Assembly (NCBI GenBank): GCA_023205875.1
Contig: CP060754.1
Span: forward strand, 1,302,001 to 1,366,000
Direction of reading: 5' to 3'
Origin: Chloropicon primus
Lineage: Eukaryota
DNA length: 64,000 nt
The position numbers and the translations under genes were made by a program. Position 1 is the stretch's first letter. Every line of letters begins with the position of its first letter. Positions 10,834-19,968 of the stretch are shown in pieces. The notes beneath the pieces are model-generated. The model made no database searches. It had not been told where the DNA came from and saw only the letters and a program-made list of their open reading frames with translations.

Positions 10834-11960
10834 CAGAAAAACCACCTGAACAGCAGCAGCAGCAGCAGCAGCACTGAAGAAGAGGAAGAGGTGTTGGATT
10901 GGATTGGATTTGAATGGAATGGAATGGATGGTGGAGCAAGAAAGGTACGTTACAGGCTTGCCGCCAATCGAGTCGTCGCAAGAAAATTACTTGCTGAACT
11001 TGAACAATGTCTGGTGGCGGAACGACTTACCAGTTTTGGGGGTTGGGGGTGTAAAAAAAAACTATTATTATTTCTTGTTGTTTAATATGATTGCTTTTGC
11101 TTTAGTTCGTCATTTGTATTTCCTAGAATCAGATTCTCATTACTCCTTGCTTGGTTTGCTGGTTTTGTTTTTGTGTTTGATTCCCTGCTGGATGGTTCAC
11201 TGGTGCCTGTGATGGGACTTGAGATTGGTGATGGGACTTGAGGTTTTGGTTTCCCCGCTGTGTTGTTGTCTGTGAACGGAAAAAGAAGAAGAAGAACCAA
11301 AGAGGAAGGGGAACCAAACCCAACCCAACCAAAGAGAAGAAGAGGAGACTTCGTCGTTGTCGTTGTCGTTGTCGTTGTCAGAACAAACTAAAGTTTTAAC
11401 TAACAAAAAAGGAAGAAAAAAATCCAAAGGAAGGTCCTCCTTTGGATCTTATCCAAGTCGCCATGTCATCCTCCTTTTCTCGGCAGTAGCGTCTTCTCGG
11501 CCACTAGAATTTGTCCGATTAGAAAAGAGTAGAAAACCCGTTGCCGACTCTAACACGTTTTTTCTCCAAAAAGAGATTTCACCGCAAGTCGCATTCTCTA
11601 CACGTGGCCCGGAGAGGCATTATTAGCCTCAAGATTGGAAAAGAAAGCGCTTTTCGTAAAAGAGGCGTCGACCTCGAACAAACACAAACACAAACGCAAA
11701 CACTGCGCGAGACGAAGAGACGAAGAGACGAAGAACCCGAGGACCGAGGACGAGGTGAACTCCCCGCTTACGTCACGGCGGTCTGGCCTCCTTGGCGGCA
11801 TTCTGCTCCTCCTTTTGCGCTTCTTCCTTTTCCCAGAACAAGCGCACGAGGGCCTGGAAAAAGGAAAAGGGATTTCTCTCCCTCTCTCTCTTTGGCTCTT
11901 TGGCTCTCTCTTTCTGAGTGAGGACGACGACGGTGACGGCGACGCCGGGTGTTGCAGAGA

Positions 11961-13271
11961 ATGGTGCGCCACGACGGCGGTGGTGGTGGAGGAGGAGGCC
12001 TTGTGAAGGCTTCTTCTTCTGCTCCTCCTAATCCTAATCCCAAAAGCAGCAGCAGTCCGGGGCACGGCGGCAGCGAGCACGACTCGTGGTGGACGAACAT
12101 CGACAAGCCGAACGCGTGCTCGTCCTTCTCCGCGGAGAAGGACTGGTTCGCGTACCTGGAGGACATGCAGTACGAGTCGTCGGAGGACATGATCTCGACG
12201 TCCTTCGCGCTCCCGCGAGGGGGGGGAGCCAAGCACCTGGACCGCCTGGACCACCCGACGACGGACGAGGACGAGGGGGAGAACAACAACACGACCTCGT
12301 CGAGGACGTCGACGGACGGCCTGCTGCAGACGTACGTGTACGACGCCCTCCTGCAGCAGGGCATCAACGGGACGCAGCACTTTCCCTTGTGCTGCTCGAC
12401 GTCCTCCTCGCCGTCCACGGGTCACCTGGTGAGCATCTTCGACGCGAGCTTGGACAAGTACGACAAGCAGTTCTCCCTCAAGCCGGTGCAGATCTCCCCG
12501 GAGGAGTTCGAGAAGAGGAGGTTCTACCACTGCGGCAGGGGACCGGGCCGCAAGGCGTCCGGGCTGGTGATGAGCCACCACCACCTCGGGGTGGCGAAGA
12601 GGGGGAGGCAGGCCAAGGGGGCGACGGAGCCAGGAGCCAGGAGGCTGTCGTCCTCCTCCTCCTCGTCGTCGTCGCCGCACAAGCAGAGGAGCGTGCACTA
12701 CCGGGGGGTGAGGCGGCGACCCTGGGGGAAGTGGGCCGCCGAGATCAGGGACCCGACGAAGGGCATCCGGCTGTGGCTCGGGACGTTCAGCACAGCCAAG
12801 GACGCCGCGCTGAAGTACGACGAGGCCGCGAGGAAGATCAGGGGGAAGCAGGCCAAGTGCAACTTTCCCTTGGCGACGATGGCGGCGGCGACTAGGCAGG
12901 TGGAGGAGGAGGAGGAGGAGGAGATGGTGGTGATCGAGCAGCAGCAGCAGCAGGAGCAGGACCAGCAGCAGTCCTCGAGCAGCACGCAGATGAAGCTCGA
13001 GGCGACCATGAGCCCGACGACGACGACGACGACGACGACGATGAGCGGCGCCGGAACGAGGCCCTCGAGGTCCTCGAGCCTGAGGACGACGACGACGACG
13101 ACGACGAGCGGCGGCGTCGGAACGAGGCCCTTGAGGTCCTCCTCCCGGCGCTGCAAGTCGGTGTACCGCAGCGGGGAGCACGAGACGACGTCGACGACGT
13201 CGGCGGACAACAAGAGCAACAACGGCGGCGGTGGCGGGGAGTCGTCGGACTCGGACGGGACGATCGTCTGA
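11961..13271 (+). CDS. AP2/ERF transcription factor (single ERF domain)
   Basis: [20 protein letters not shown]...RLWLGTF.TA.DAA..YD.AA..IRG..A.CNF. Confidence 0.95.
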   Translation: MVRHDGGGGGGGGLVKASSSAPPNPNPKSSSSPGHGGSEHDSWWTNIDKPNACSSFSAEKDWFAYLEDMQYESSEDMISTSFALPRGGGAKHLDRLDHPTTDEDEGENNNTTSSRTSTDGLLQTYVYDALLQQGINGTQHFPLCCSTSSSPSTGHLVSIFDASLDKYDKQFSLKPVQISPEEFEKRRFYHCGRGPGRKASGLVMSHHHLGVAKRGRQAKGATEPGARRLSSSSSSSSSPHKQRSVHYRGVRRRPWGKWAAEIRDPTKGIRLWLGTFSTAKDAALKYDEAARKIRGKQAKCNFPLATMAAATRQVEEEEEEEMVVIEQQQQQEQDQQQSSSSTQMKLEATMSPTTTTTTTTMSGAGTRPSRSSSLRTTTTTTTSGGVGTRPLRSSSRRCKSVYRSGEHETTSTTSADNKSNNGGGGGESSDSDGTIV

Positions 13272-13683
13272 GTCTGAGTCTGAGGATGGACCAAGATGAT
13301 GATGATGAAGAAGGAAGAAGAAGAAGAAGAAGAAGTTTATGAACAACACAAAAATGAAACAGCAAGCATATGAAACAATGAGAATTAGTACAAGCATTCT
13401 TTTTATTCGTTTTTATTTCTTCCATTCTATTTTATTTTGCTTGGTGTGAAAGGAGAGAAAGGCAGGCAAGGCCCAGGTCGCGCGCGCCGCGCTTACGTTA
13501 CTCAATTCAGTTCAGTTCAGTTCAGTTCAGTTCAGTTGAATTGGAGTTCAAGTGAATTGGAGGCCCCAACGTTCCGTTCCATTCTTCTCGCAGCCAGATC
13601 GTCCAACTGCCAGCTACAACCCCCTCACCTCGCCGTTTCCTTACTCTCCTCTCCTCTTCCCTTCTCTCTCTTCTTCTTCTCTC

Positions 13684-14781
13684 TCAGTGGGCCTCGGTGA
13701 TCATGGTCCCCACGCCCTCGTCCGTGAGGATCTCCTGCAAGAGCGAGTGGGGCTGCCTTCCGTCGATGATGTGGGCGGCTTGAACGCCCTGCGCGATGGA
13801 GCGCACGCAGCACTGAACCTTGGGGATCATCCCCCCCGCGATGATCTCCTCGGTGATGAGGCCGCGGGTGGTCTGGATGTCCAGCTCCTTGTACAGGGTC
13901 CCGACGTCGTCCTTGTCCTTCAGGACGCCAGGGACGTCGGTCATCAGGATGAGCTTCTCCGCCCCGAGGCTCGCGGCGATCTCCCCGGCCGCGATGTCCG
14001 CGTTCACGTTCAGGGACTGGCCGGACTCGTCCGAGGCCACCGAGGCGATGACGGGGATGCTCCCCTTCTCCACGATGGCCCCGATGAGTGCGGGGTCGAC
14101 CCCGGTGACGTCCCCGACGTAACCGAGCTCCCTGTCGCTCGTCTGCCTGGCGCTGATGAGGTTGGCGTCCTTGCCGCATAGTCCGACCGCCTTCCCCCCC
14201 GCCTTGTTGATCAGGCTCACGATGCTCTTGTTCACCTTGCCCGCGAGGACGGCCTCCACGATCTCCATCGTCGCCTCGTCCGTCACCCTCAGCCCGTTGT
14301 GGAACCTCGGCTCGATCCCGACCTTGTCCAGCCACCTGTTGATCTCCGGTCCGCCGCCGTGGACCATCACGATCCTGATCCCCACGCAGGACAGGAGCAC
14401 CACGTCACTCACCACCCTCGCCTTCAGCGTCGGGTCCTTCATCGCCGCCCCGCCGTACTTGACCACGATGGTCTTGTTCGCGAACCTCTGCAGGTAAGGC
14501 AGGGCCTCCGCGAGGATCTGCACCCGGTCGAAGGCCGAAGGCTTAGGAGCAGCAGGACCCCCTGCTTCTGCTGCTGCTGCTGCTGCTTTCGTTGTTGTTG
14601 TTGTTGATGATGATGGGGTGGAGGAGGAGAGGTGATGGTGACGACGGAGACGACGGGTGGTAACGGTGGTGGTGGTGGTGGTGGCGGCGCGGCGTGCGAC
14701 CGATGGTGATGATGGTGGTGATCTCGTCGGCGGTGGTGCTGCTGCCGACCTGGCGGAGGCGAAGACGGCGGCGACGGCCAT
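13684..14781 (-). CDS. argB: Plastid N-acetylglutamate kinase
   Basis: Ser/Thr-rich transit peptide; [55 protein letters not shown]. Confidence 0.97.
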   Translation of the reverse strand: MAVAAVFASARSAAAPPPTRSPPSSPSVARRAATTTTTTVTTRRLRRHHHLSSSTPSSSTTTTTKAAAAAAEAGGPAAPKPSAFDRVQILAEALPYLQRFANKTIVVKYGGAAMKDPTLKARVVSDVVLLSCVGIRIVMVHGGGPEINRWLDKVGIEPRFHNGLRVTDEATMEIVEAVLAGKVNKSIVSLINKAGGKAVGLCGKDANLISARQTSDRELGYVGDVTGVDPALIGAIVEKGSIPVIASVASDESGQSLNVNADIAAGEIAASLGAEKLILMTDVPGVLKDKDDVGTLYKELDIQTTRGLITEEIIAGGMIPKVQCCVRSIAQGVQAAHIIDGRQPHSLLQEILTDEGVGTMITEAH

Positions 14782-15334
14782 TGTTTGCTTGTGTGTGCTT
14801 GGTTTGGACTCCTCGCCCGTCGTCGCGTCGTCGTCGTCGGATTGTTTTTTTTGGATTGAGAGGAGAGGAGGAGAGAGAGGAGGAGGAGGAGGGGAGGAAG
14901 GAGGAGGAGGGGAGGAAGGAGGAGGAGATCGGTGGTGCACGGCGATGTAACCAGCGGCATGGCTTCTCGCATTGCAGAGGTCTTGGGACAAGGTGAGGAG
15001 CTCGCACGCCCTCTCCCTTTCCTTCTCCTCGTCGCTCAGTGGTCTGTTATTTGTGTGTTGAAGTTGAGGATACCCTTCTTCGTGGCACCGCTGGCCAAGG
15101 CATGGCAGTATGCCCGAGGTATTCGCGGCAGCATGGCACGTAAGGCATCGCTCCTGGACTTCCTTCTCCACATCCATCATCATCATCATCATCATCTCTC
15201 CGAAAAGCTGGAAGCTGCTGAGAACCACCTCGAAGAGGTCTGGCAAGGGCAACGGGAAGGAGACTCTGATGCTGCTGCTGATGCTACGGAGCAAGCGAAA
15301 CCAGGGGAGGAGTCGGAGAAGGAGATCTAAAACT

Positions 15335-15576
15335 CAGTGGGCTCGAAGCCAGGACCCGCCTTGCCCTTGGGACCCAATTGAATGCATGGTGTGGGCGGAC
15401 AGCAGGAAAGACCAGGACGTCATCGAATGGATCGATGCCAATTCGTAACCAAGAACAATGTCTCACGACGAACCTGTCATCGACCTTCGCTTCCTCTTCT
15501 GATTCCTCCTCCTCCTTTCTCCTTTGTTTTCTCTCTTCCGGTGGATTTTCTCCCTTCCGCTGAACCATCATAACGG
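15335..15576 (+). pseudogene. Orphan 3' fragment of the ankyrin-repeat gene (last repeat, stop codon and 3' flank)
   Basis: Encodes QWARSQDPPCPWD...VIEWIDANS*; 15417-15576 is identical by eye to 17376-17535; no F-box or earlier repeats lie upstream. Confidence 0.75.
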
Positions 15577-15647
15577 CCCGAGGCCACGAGGGGCCGAACG
15601 AGGACGAGCACGAGAGAGAAACGAAGAGGACGGGAGCGCGTGGAGGA

Positions 15648-15682
<35 letters not shown>

Positions 15683-15973
15683 ACAGGAAAGAAGGAAGCG
15701 TCGTCTCGTGCTCTTTCGAACGAGCTCTCGCGCGAAAGAAACGACCCAGTGGTGAGGATCTGGCGACACGAAACGCGAAAAATTGAGGCAGAAAGAAATC
15801 GAGGAGTAGATCACCGAGGAAGGGAGGCGACGACGAGGGCGGGATTTTGTGCCGGAGGTTTCTCTCGAGTGATAGACGAGTGGAAGGAGTGTCTTTTCCT
15901 CATTAGAACGAGCCCTCGCGCGCGACAAGAAGGACCCGGTGGTGAGGATCGTCTGAGGAGCACGGACGTGAAG

Positions 15974-17407
15974 ATGGCGGTGACGATGGAGGGCAAGAGG
16001 CAGAGGAGGGAGGGCAGGGATGCACTGGACGTGCTGCCGGGGGTACTGTGGAGCGTCATTGGCACGCATGTGGCCGACTACGACCGGGTCGCTTTCGGGT
16101 TTACCTGCAAGACGTTCCTCGAGGCGGTGACAATGGCGACGACGGCGACGGCGACGGCGGCGAACCCTGAGCAGAAGAAGGTTGCTCTGAAGACGGACCT
16201 GACGGACGACAAGTTGTTCGAGCAGATGCCTTGCTTCAGTTTGGGTTGGTTCCAGTGGGTGCTTCGGTCGTTCAAAAGGAGGAAGGGAGCACGGCATAAC
16301 TGGGAATACTACGATCACTTGTACGACTCTGACCTGCTGCACCTCGCCGCTTTCCAGGGCAGCAAGAAGGTGATCAAGTGGTTGGTGAGCCAAGGGATCC
16401 CTTTGGATATGGAGCGCGAGGATGACGATGGTATGGAGCGCGAGGATGACGATGGGGTACCCGCATCGGTGGTAGCAGCTAAAGGAGCTGCTTGCGGAGG
16501 TCATATTGAGTTGCTCGAATGGTTGAGGAGCGAGGGGTGCTGGTTTGATGAAGAGACTTGTGCTCGTGCAGCTGGAGGAGGTCACCTTCACGTTCTGCAG
16601 TGGGCTCGAAGCCAGGACCCGCCTTGCCCTTGGGACGCGGGGACTTGTTCTTGGGCAGCTCGAGAAGGTCACCTTGACGTTCTGCAGTGGGCTCGAAGCC
16701 AGGACCCGCCTTGCCGTTGGGACCGGCAGACTTGTTCTTCTGCAGCTGAAGGAGGTCACCTTGAGGTTCTGCAGTGGGCTCGAAGCCAGGACCCGCCTTG
16801 CCGTTGGGACCGGCAGACTTGTTCTTCTGCAGCTGAAGGAGGTCACCTTGAGGTTCTGCAGTGGGCTCGAAGCCAGGACCCGCCTTGTGATTGGAACTAC
16901 GAGACTTGTAAAGAGGCAGCTTCAAGAGGTCATCTTCACATTCTGCAGTGGGCTCGAAGCCAGGACCCGCCTTGCCCTTGGGACGAGGAGACTTGTTATG
17001 AGGCAGCTCGAAGAGGTCACCTTGACGTTCTGCAGTGGGCTCGAAGCCAGGACCCGCCTTGTGATTGGGACAAGAGGACTTGTAGAGAGGCAGCTCGAAG
17101 AGGTCACCTTCACATTCTCCAGTGGGCTCGAAGCCAGGACCCGCCTTGCCCTTGGAACTGGGAGACTTGTGATTGGGCAGCTCGAAGAGGTCACCTTCAC
17201 ATTCTCCAGTGGGCTCGAAGCCAGGATCCGCCTTGCCCTTGGAACAAGGCGACTTGTGAGTGGGCAGCTGGAGGAGGTCACCTTGAGGTTCTGCAGTGGG
17301 CTCGAAGCCAGGATCCGCCTTGTGATTGGAACCCAGAGGATTGCAGAAGAGAGGCGAAGTACTACAATCAACAGCACGTCATCGAATGGATCGATGCCAA
17401 TTCGTAA
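15974..17407 (+). CDS. F-box-like + ankyrin-repeat protein (algal/giant-virus-type 'LQWAR..GCPWD' family)
   Basis: N-terminal LDVLPGVLWSVIGTHVADYDRVAFGFTCKTF (F-box-like), then nine 29-aa repeats xxLQWARSQDPPCxWxxxTCxxAAxxGHL. Confidence 0.85.
   Translation: MAVTMEGKRQRREGRDALDVLPGVLWSVIGTHVADYDRVAFGFTCKTFLEAVTMATTATATAANPEQKKVALKTDLTDDKLFEQMPCFSLGWFQWVLRSFKRRKGARHNWEYYDHLYDSDLLHLAAFQGSKKVIKWLVSQGIPLDMEREDDDGMEREDDDGVPASVVAAKGAACGGHIELLEWLRSEGCWFDEETCARAAGGGHLHVLQWARSQDPPCPWDAGTCSWAAREGHLDVLQWARSQDPPCRWDRQTCSSAAEGGHLEVLQWARSQDPPCRWDRQTCSSAAEGGHLEVLQWARSQDPPCDWNYETCKEAASRGHLHILQWARSQDPPCPWDEETCYEAARRGHLDVLQWARSQDPPCDWDKRTCREAARRGHLHILQWARSQDPPCPWNWETCDWAARRGHLHILQWARSQDPPCPWNKATCEWAAGGGHLEVLQWARSQDPPCDWNPEDCRREAKYYNQQHVIEWIDANS
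16592..17345 (+). repeat. Coding tandem repeat, 87-bp unit, about 9 copies
   Basis: cagtgggctcgaagccagga(c/t)ccgccttg recurs every 87 nt from about 16598 to about 17294. Confidence 0.95.
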
Positions 17408-17749
17408 CCAAGAACAATGTCTCACGACGAACCTGTCATCGACCTTCGCTTCCTCTTCTGATTCCTCCTCCTCCTTTCTCCTTTGTTTTCTCTCTTCCGG
17501 TGGATTTTCTCCCTTCCGCTGAACCATCATAACGGGCGGCTCTCTCTTCTCGCCTCGTCCTCGTCGTCCTCCTCGTCGTCGTCGTCGCCGTCGTCGTCGC
17601 CGTCGTCGTCGTCGTCGTCGCCGTCCTCCGCCGTTACCATCAACGATCTCGTTGTCCTTGTGTAATTAACGTCTCTCACCGATCCTTTGTCTCACGGAGC
17701 AAGAGGAGAGGCGACTGTTGTTTCGCCGCCTCATCGGTTTGACACGCCT

Positions 17750-17865
17750 TCGTAGGCTGACGCGCTTCCATTGCGCCAAGGCCGCAACGCACGACAGAGC
17801 AGAGCTCCGAGTAATGTCATACAGCAAATAGCGACCTGTGGGGCTCGAACCCACAACCTTCAGCT
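17750..17865 (-). tRNA. Circularly permuted tRNA-Arg(ACG): 3' half 17865-17830, 44-nt spacer, 5' half 17785-17750
   Basis: Minus strand reads A-GCTGA-AGGTT-GTGGG-TTCGAGC-CCCAC-AGGTCGC-T, then 44 nt, then GCGGCCT-TG-GCGC-AATGGAA-GCGC-G-TCAGC-CT-ACG-A. Acceptor stem GCGGCCT/AGGTCGC (one G.U) and anticodon stem TCAGC/GCTGA pair across the halves. Confidence 0.88.
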
Positions 17866-17991
17866 CGTTACGCGGTGCGTGGACGAAACGAGATGACATT
17901 TTTTTCATTATGTAGAGATGATGGCGGGCTGCGTGAGGAGGGAGGAAGCCCGGGGGGGAGGGAAGCCCTTGCTTTCCACGATTTTTGGAGC

Positions 17992-18459
17992 ATGCAGCGC
18001 CCACCCGAGCCCGAGCCCAAGTCCAACAAGGCCGCCAAGTCCTCCTTTTTGCTGACGGACACCCTGGACTTCCTGGCGAGCGCGGAGGTCGTGGTGGAGA
18101 CCAGGGACTCCACCGTGTACCGCGGCGTCCTCGAGGAGTCCTCCTCGCCGTCCACGCATCATCATCGTCATCATCGTCAACATCATCAACACCTGGTGCT
18201 CCGTTCTGTGCGATGCGAGAACGTTTCGACGGGTCGTCGGTGGGAGGCGGCCAGGGTCCACGTCCTTCACCGAATGGTCCGCTCCGTCGTCCTTCCCCCG
18301 TCCTTCGACCCCATCACGGAGCTCGACCAGCTCCGGCAACACGAGAGGAGGAACACCGAGGTCGCCTCGAGGAGGAGGAAGCTCATGACAAGGAAGGCGC
18401 TCAAAGCCAGGCAGCAGCAGGTGCAGCAGGTGCAGCAGCAGATACACCGCCACCGCTAG
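17992..18459 (+). CDS. Sm/LSM-fold protein, most like Lsm10 (U7 snRNP) or a divergent SmD1/D3
   Basis: Sm1-like EVVVETRDSTVYRGVL, LVLRSV, Sm2-like VHVLHRMVRSVVLP followed by a short helix. Confidence 0.55.
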   Translation: MQRPPEPEPKSNKAAKSSFLLTDTLDFLASAEVVVETRDSTVYRGVLEESSSPSTHHHRHHRQHHQHLVLRSVRCENVSTGRRWEAARVHVLHRMVRSVVLPPSFDPITELDQLRQHERRNTEVASRRRKLMTRKALKARQQQVQQVQQQIHRHR

Positions 18460-19637
18460 AGCACCACCACCACCAACCGTACAGGCTGGACGTGCTGGAC
18501 CCGCCACCCCCGAATCTTGTCTCTCCCCTCGGACCGAGGGTGGAGCACATCGTCATCTCTGGTGGTGGTGCTGGTGCTGCTCCCTCGCGTTTGTCCTCGG
18601 CGATCGCGTCCCTCCTCCCCTGCGGCGGGGTGCCTCTGGAGTTCGCGGAGAGGCTCATCGCGTTCGGGGCGGTGCACTGGAGCCCGATCCCTCCGGCAAT
18701 CGGTCACGCCGTTGCCCTGAGGGACGAGCTCGTGCGGGAGCGGGGCATCAAGGACCCGACCCACCCGAGGTACGCGTGCAGGAGGGCCAAGCCCTCGGAC
18801 GGGGAGGTGGCGGGGTACGGGACGTACATCAGGGTCCACCTGCAGCCGAGGAGGTTCCCCGCGGCCCTTCGCACGGACTGGAGCAAGAGGGTGGTGGAGG
18901 GACTGGACAGCGAGCACTACGTGGTCATCGACAAGCCGTACGGCGTGGGGGTCCCCCCCACCGTCGACAACGCGGAGGAGAACTGCCTGCACATGACCCG
19001 CAGGGTTCTCGGCTTGGAGGACCTCAGGATCACCCACAGGCTGGACCAGCCCACGAGCGGGGTCCTCGTCCTCGCCAGGACCAAGGAGTTCGCGTCCTAC
19101 TTCAACGGGCTCTTGGCCAGGAGGGACGGGTCCGTGAGGAAGCACTACAAGGTGTTCACGAGAAGGGAGGTGCCTCGGGGAGCCCTGGACGAGGAAGGGG
19201 TCCTCACGCATTACGCCAGGGTGGGGGTGAGGGCCGCCAAGTCCAAGACGAGGACGGTGATGTACGACGAGGACGCCGAGGGGAGGCACGTGTGCAAGCT
19301 CCGGGTTTTGGGCTCCGAGGCCGTTGTCGACGGCGGCGGCAAGGTCCAGGGGTACGAGACCGAGGTCGTGCTGATGACGGGGAGGACCCACCAGATCCGG
19401 GCCCAGTTCGCCGCGGTGGGCTGCCCCGTGGTCGGGGACACCGTCTACGACGGCCGCGGGGAGGACTCGGCCCGGTACCGCGAGGGGGAGTTCGAATTCT
19501 TGGAGAAGATCGGCCTGCAGGCTTGCAAAATGGCCGTCAAGGACGAATCCTCCTCCCCCTCCCCCAAGTACTTTCCGGCCCAAGGCATCGAGTTCAGCGC
19601 CCTGAGCGACCCTTGGTGGAGGGTTGAGTTGAGTTGA
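18213..19637 (+). CDS. RluA-family RNA pseudouridine synthase (plant PUS6-like); true start uncertain
   Basis: PRVEHIVIS, LIAFGAV, YIRVHLQPRRFP, VIDKPYG, HRLDQPTSG (catalytic Asp), TGRTHQIRAQ, PVVGD.VY. Confidence 0.88.
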   Translation: MRERFDGSSVGGGQGPRPSPNGPLRRPSPVLRPHHGARPAPATREEEHRGRLEEEEAHDKEGAQSQAAAGAAGAAADTPPPLEHHHHQPYRLDVLDPPPPNLVSPLGPRVEHIVISGGGAGAAPSRLSSAIASLLPCGGVPLEFAERLIAFGAVHWSPIPPAIGHAVALRDELVRERGIKDPTHPRYACRRAKPSDGEVAGYGTYIRVHLQPRRFPAALRTDWSKRVVEGLDSEHYVVIDKPYGVGVPPTVDNAEENCLHMTRRVLGLEDLRITHRLDQPTSGVLVLARTKEFASYFNGLLARRDGSVRKHYKVFTRREVPRGALDEEGVLTHYARVGVRAAKSKTRTVMYDEDAEGRHVCKLRVLGSEAVVDGGGKVQGYETEVVLMTGRTHQIRAQFAAVGCPVVGDTVYDGRGEDSARYREGEFEFLEKIGLQACKMAVKDESSSPSPKYFPAQGIEFSALSDPWWRVELS

Positions 19638-19689
19638 GTGGAGTGGAGTGGAGTTGGAGTGGAGTTGGAGTGGAGTTGGAGTGGAGTAG

Positions 19690-19903
19690 ATCGAACCTAA
19701 ACCTTTGGCTTTGGTGGAGGTGGCTTTGGACTCAAACAACAACATGAACGAACAACTTTAATCCACCTGAACCGTCCATCCATCATCCGTCCGTCCATCG
19801 AACCTAAACCTTTGGCTTTGGTGGAGGTGGCTTTGGACTCAAACAACAACATGAACGAACAACTTTAATCCACCTGAACCGTCCATCCATCGTCCGTCCG
19901 TCC
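19690..19903. repeat. Direct tandem duplication, 107-bp unit x2, preceded by a (GAGTG/GAGTT)n pentamer run
   Basis: atcgaacctaaacctttggctttggtggagg... starts at both 19690 and 19797 and is nearly identical. Confidence 0.9.
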
Positions 19904-19968
19904 ATCACCATCCATCCCTCGGTTTCATCCTCATTTCACATTTCCCGCCAACCCACACTCTCTGGAGA

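Noticed and set aside
14948..15330. [14 protein letters not shown]... upstream of the ankyrin fragment
   Set aside because: No recognisable motif and it includes a (CAT)n microsatellite; cannot be supported as a gene without expression data
16592..17345. Regular repeat/variable pattern resembling a CRISPR array
   Set aside because: The unit is 87 nt and in frame, the 'spacers' are homologous to one another and encode ankyrin helices, there are no cas genes, and the context is eukaryotic
15335..17407. Diversity-generating retroelement TR/VR pair
   Set aside because: Differences between the fragment and the gene are not adenine-specific, and no dedicated reverse transcriptase is present (the PRP8 RT-like domain is not one)
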